Under the pieces are notes generated by a model. That model did not search any database, was not told where the DNA came from, and saw nothing but the letters and a program-made list of their open reading frames with translations. The position numbers were made by a program, and so were the translations under genes. Of a stretch of 64,000 nt of DNA, positions 63,235 through 64,000 are shown one piece after another. Within the stretch, counting starts at the first letter, position 1, and each line of letters begins with the position of its first letter. The stretch is taken from positions 62,001 to 126,000 of the forward strand of contig NIVC01002439.1 of the NCBI GenBank assembly GCA_002269645.1. The letters run 5' to 3'. Origin of the DNA: Macrostomum lignano. Taxonomy: Eukaryota.

Positions 63235-63625
63235 CACCCAGTCTATATGGCTCGGACATCTACCTCCGATCTTTGGCTCAGACATTTACCTCTGGTCTAT
63301 AGCTCGGACATCTATGTCTATAGTCGGACATCTACCCCATCTCTATAGTTCGGATATCTATCCCATGTCTATAGCTCGGACATCTACCCCATCTCTATAG
63401 TTCGGACATCTATCCCATGTCTATAGCTCGGACATCTACCCCTGGTATAGCTCGGACATCTACCCCTGGTATAGCTCGGACATCTACCCCGGTCTATAGC
63501 TCGGACATCTACCCTATGTCTATAGCTCGGACATCTACCCCTGGTCTATAGCTCGGACATCTACCCCATGTCTATACCTCGGACATCTACCCCTGGTCTA
63601 TAGCTCGGACATCTACCCCTGGTCT
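63235..63625. repeat. 26-bp minisatellite just downstream of the mARC stop
   Basis: Unit TATAGCTCGGACATCTACCCCATGTC. Confidence 0.9.
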
Positions 63626-63634
63626 TTCTGTCCC

Positions 63635-64000
63635 TCAAGCATCGGCAAACACGGCCTCTCCGATGGCCACGCGTCCAGGCATCTCCACTGTACAGTCCAC
63701 GCCAAACAGCGGGTTCTTGAACTTCGGCCCACTGCGGTAGGGCGCCAGCGCGGTCAGCACCGGGTTGCCGGACGGAGCCACGGCTCGGTCTCCAGCCGAG
63801 TAATCCAGGTTAACCATGATGCAGCGCTCGCAGGGGAAGGCGGCGGCTAGGATGCAGCCTCCAGCGAAATAGACGAAGCCCCAGTTGTCCTCCTCGCGAT
63901 CCTGCTGGACCCCTGAGATCACCAGGTTGGGCCGGAAATTGCGCCAATCAACTCCCGGATGCTTGCCAGTCAGGCGGTTGTTCAGAGCCTGAAGATTGGT
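63635..64000 (-). CDS. MTARC: MOSC-domain protein (mARC/MTARC-like), last exon; continues beyond the window
   Basis: NLQALNNRL..VDWRNFRPNLVISG..EEDNW...PCERCIMVNLD..G..NPVLTALAPYR..NPLFG...PGRVAIGEAV (FRPN and CxRC motifs of MOSC). Confidence 0.88.
   Translation of the reverse strand, partial: TNLQALNNRLTGKHPGVDWRNFRPNLVISGVQQDREEDNWGFVYFAGGCILAAAFPCERCIMVNLDYSAGDRAVAPSGNPVLTALAPYRSGPKFKNPLFGVDCTVEMPGRVAIGEAVFADA

Overview
Eukaryotic, repeat-rich animal DNA with GC-rich exons, GT-AG introns, AT-rich spacers and about 27 distinct mini/microsatellite arrays. The style suggests a flatworm such as Macrostomum, but that is inference only. I assembled these genes by hand from splice sites, codon phase and remembered family motifs: (1) a KLF10/11 (cabut)-like zinc-finger gene on minus, running off the left edge; (2) DENND11/LCHN, 3 exons on plus; (3) an SLC38A7-like amino-acid transporter, 7 exons on minus (13025-42936); (4) a complete FaNaC-like DEG/ENaC channel gene, 3 exons on plus (18011-28604), nested antisense in the 22.6-kb intron of (3); (5) a ZNRF1/2 RING E3 ligase, 3 exons on plus; (6) the last exon of a MOSC/mARC gene at the right edge. 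Mobile DNA comprises an internally deleted Gypsy LTR element with both LTRs and a GTTGC TSD, carrying a SINE; at least 6 copies of one tRNA-derived SINE family with a covarying hairpin; a CORE-type SINE with an inverted tRNA head; a LINE 3' fragment; a probable Helitron enclosing two satellites; and a decayed, intron-containing Crypton-type tyrosine recombinase. That recombinase sits next to a 1.4-kb array of a 44-bp unit carrying a GC box, a CCAAT box, a palindrome and a G4 motif. Most long ORFs in the supplied track are artefacts of tandem repeats. No database search was run, so all family calls rest on motif recognition.
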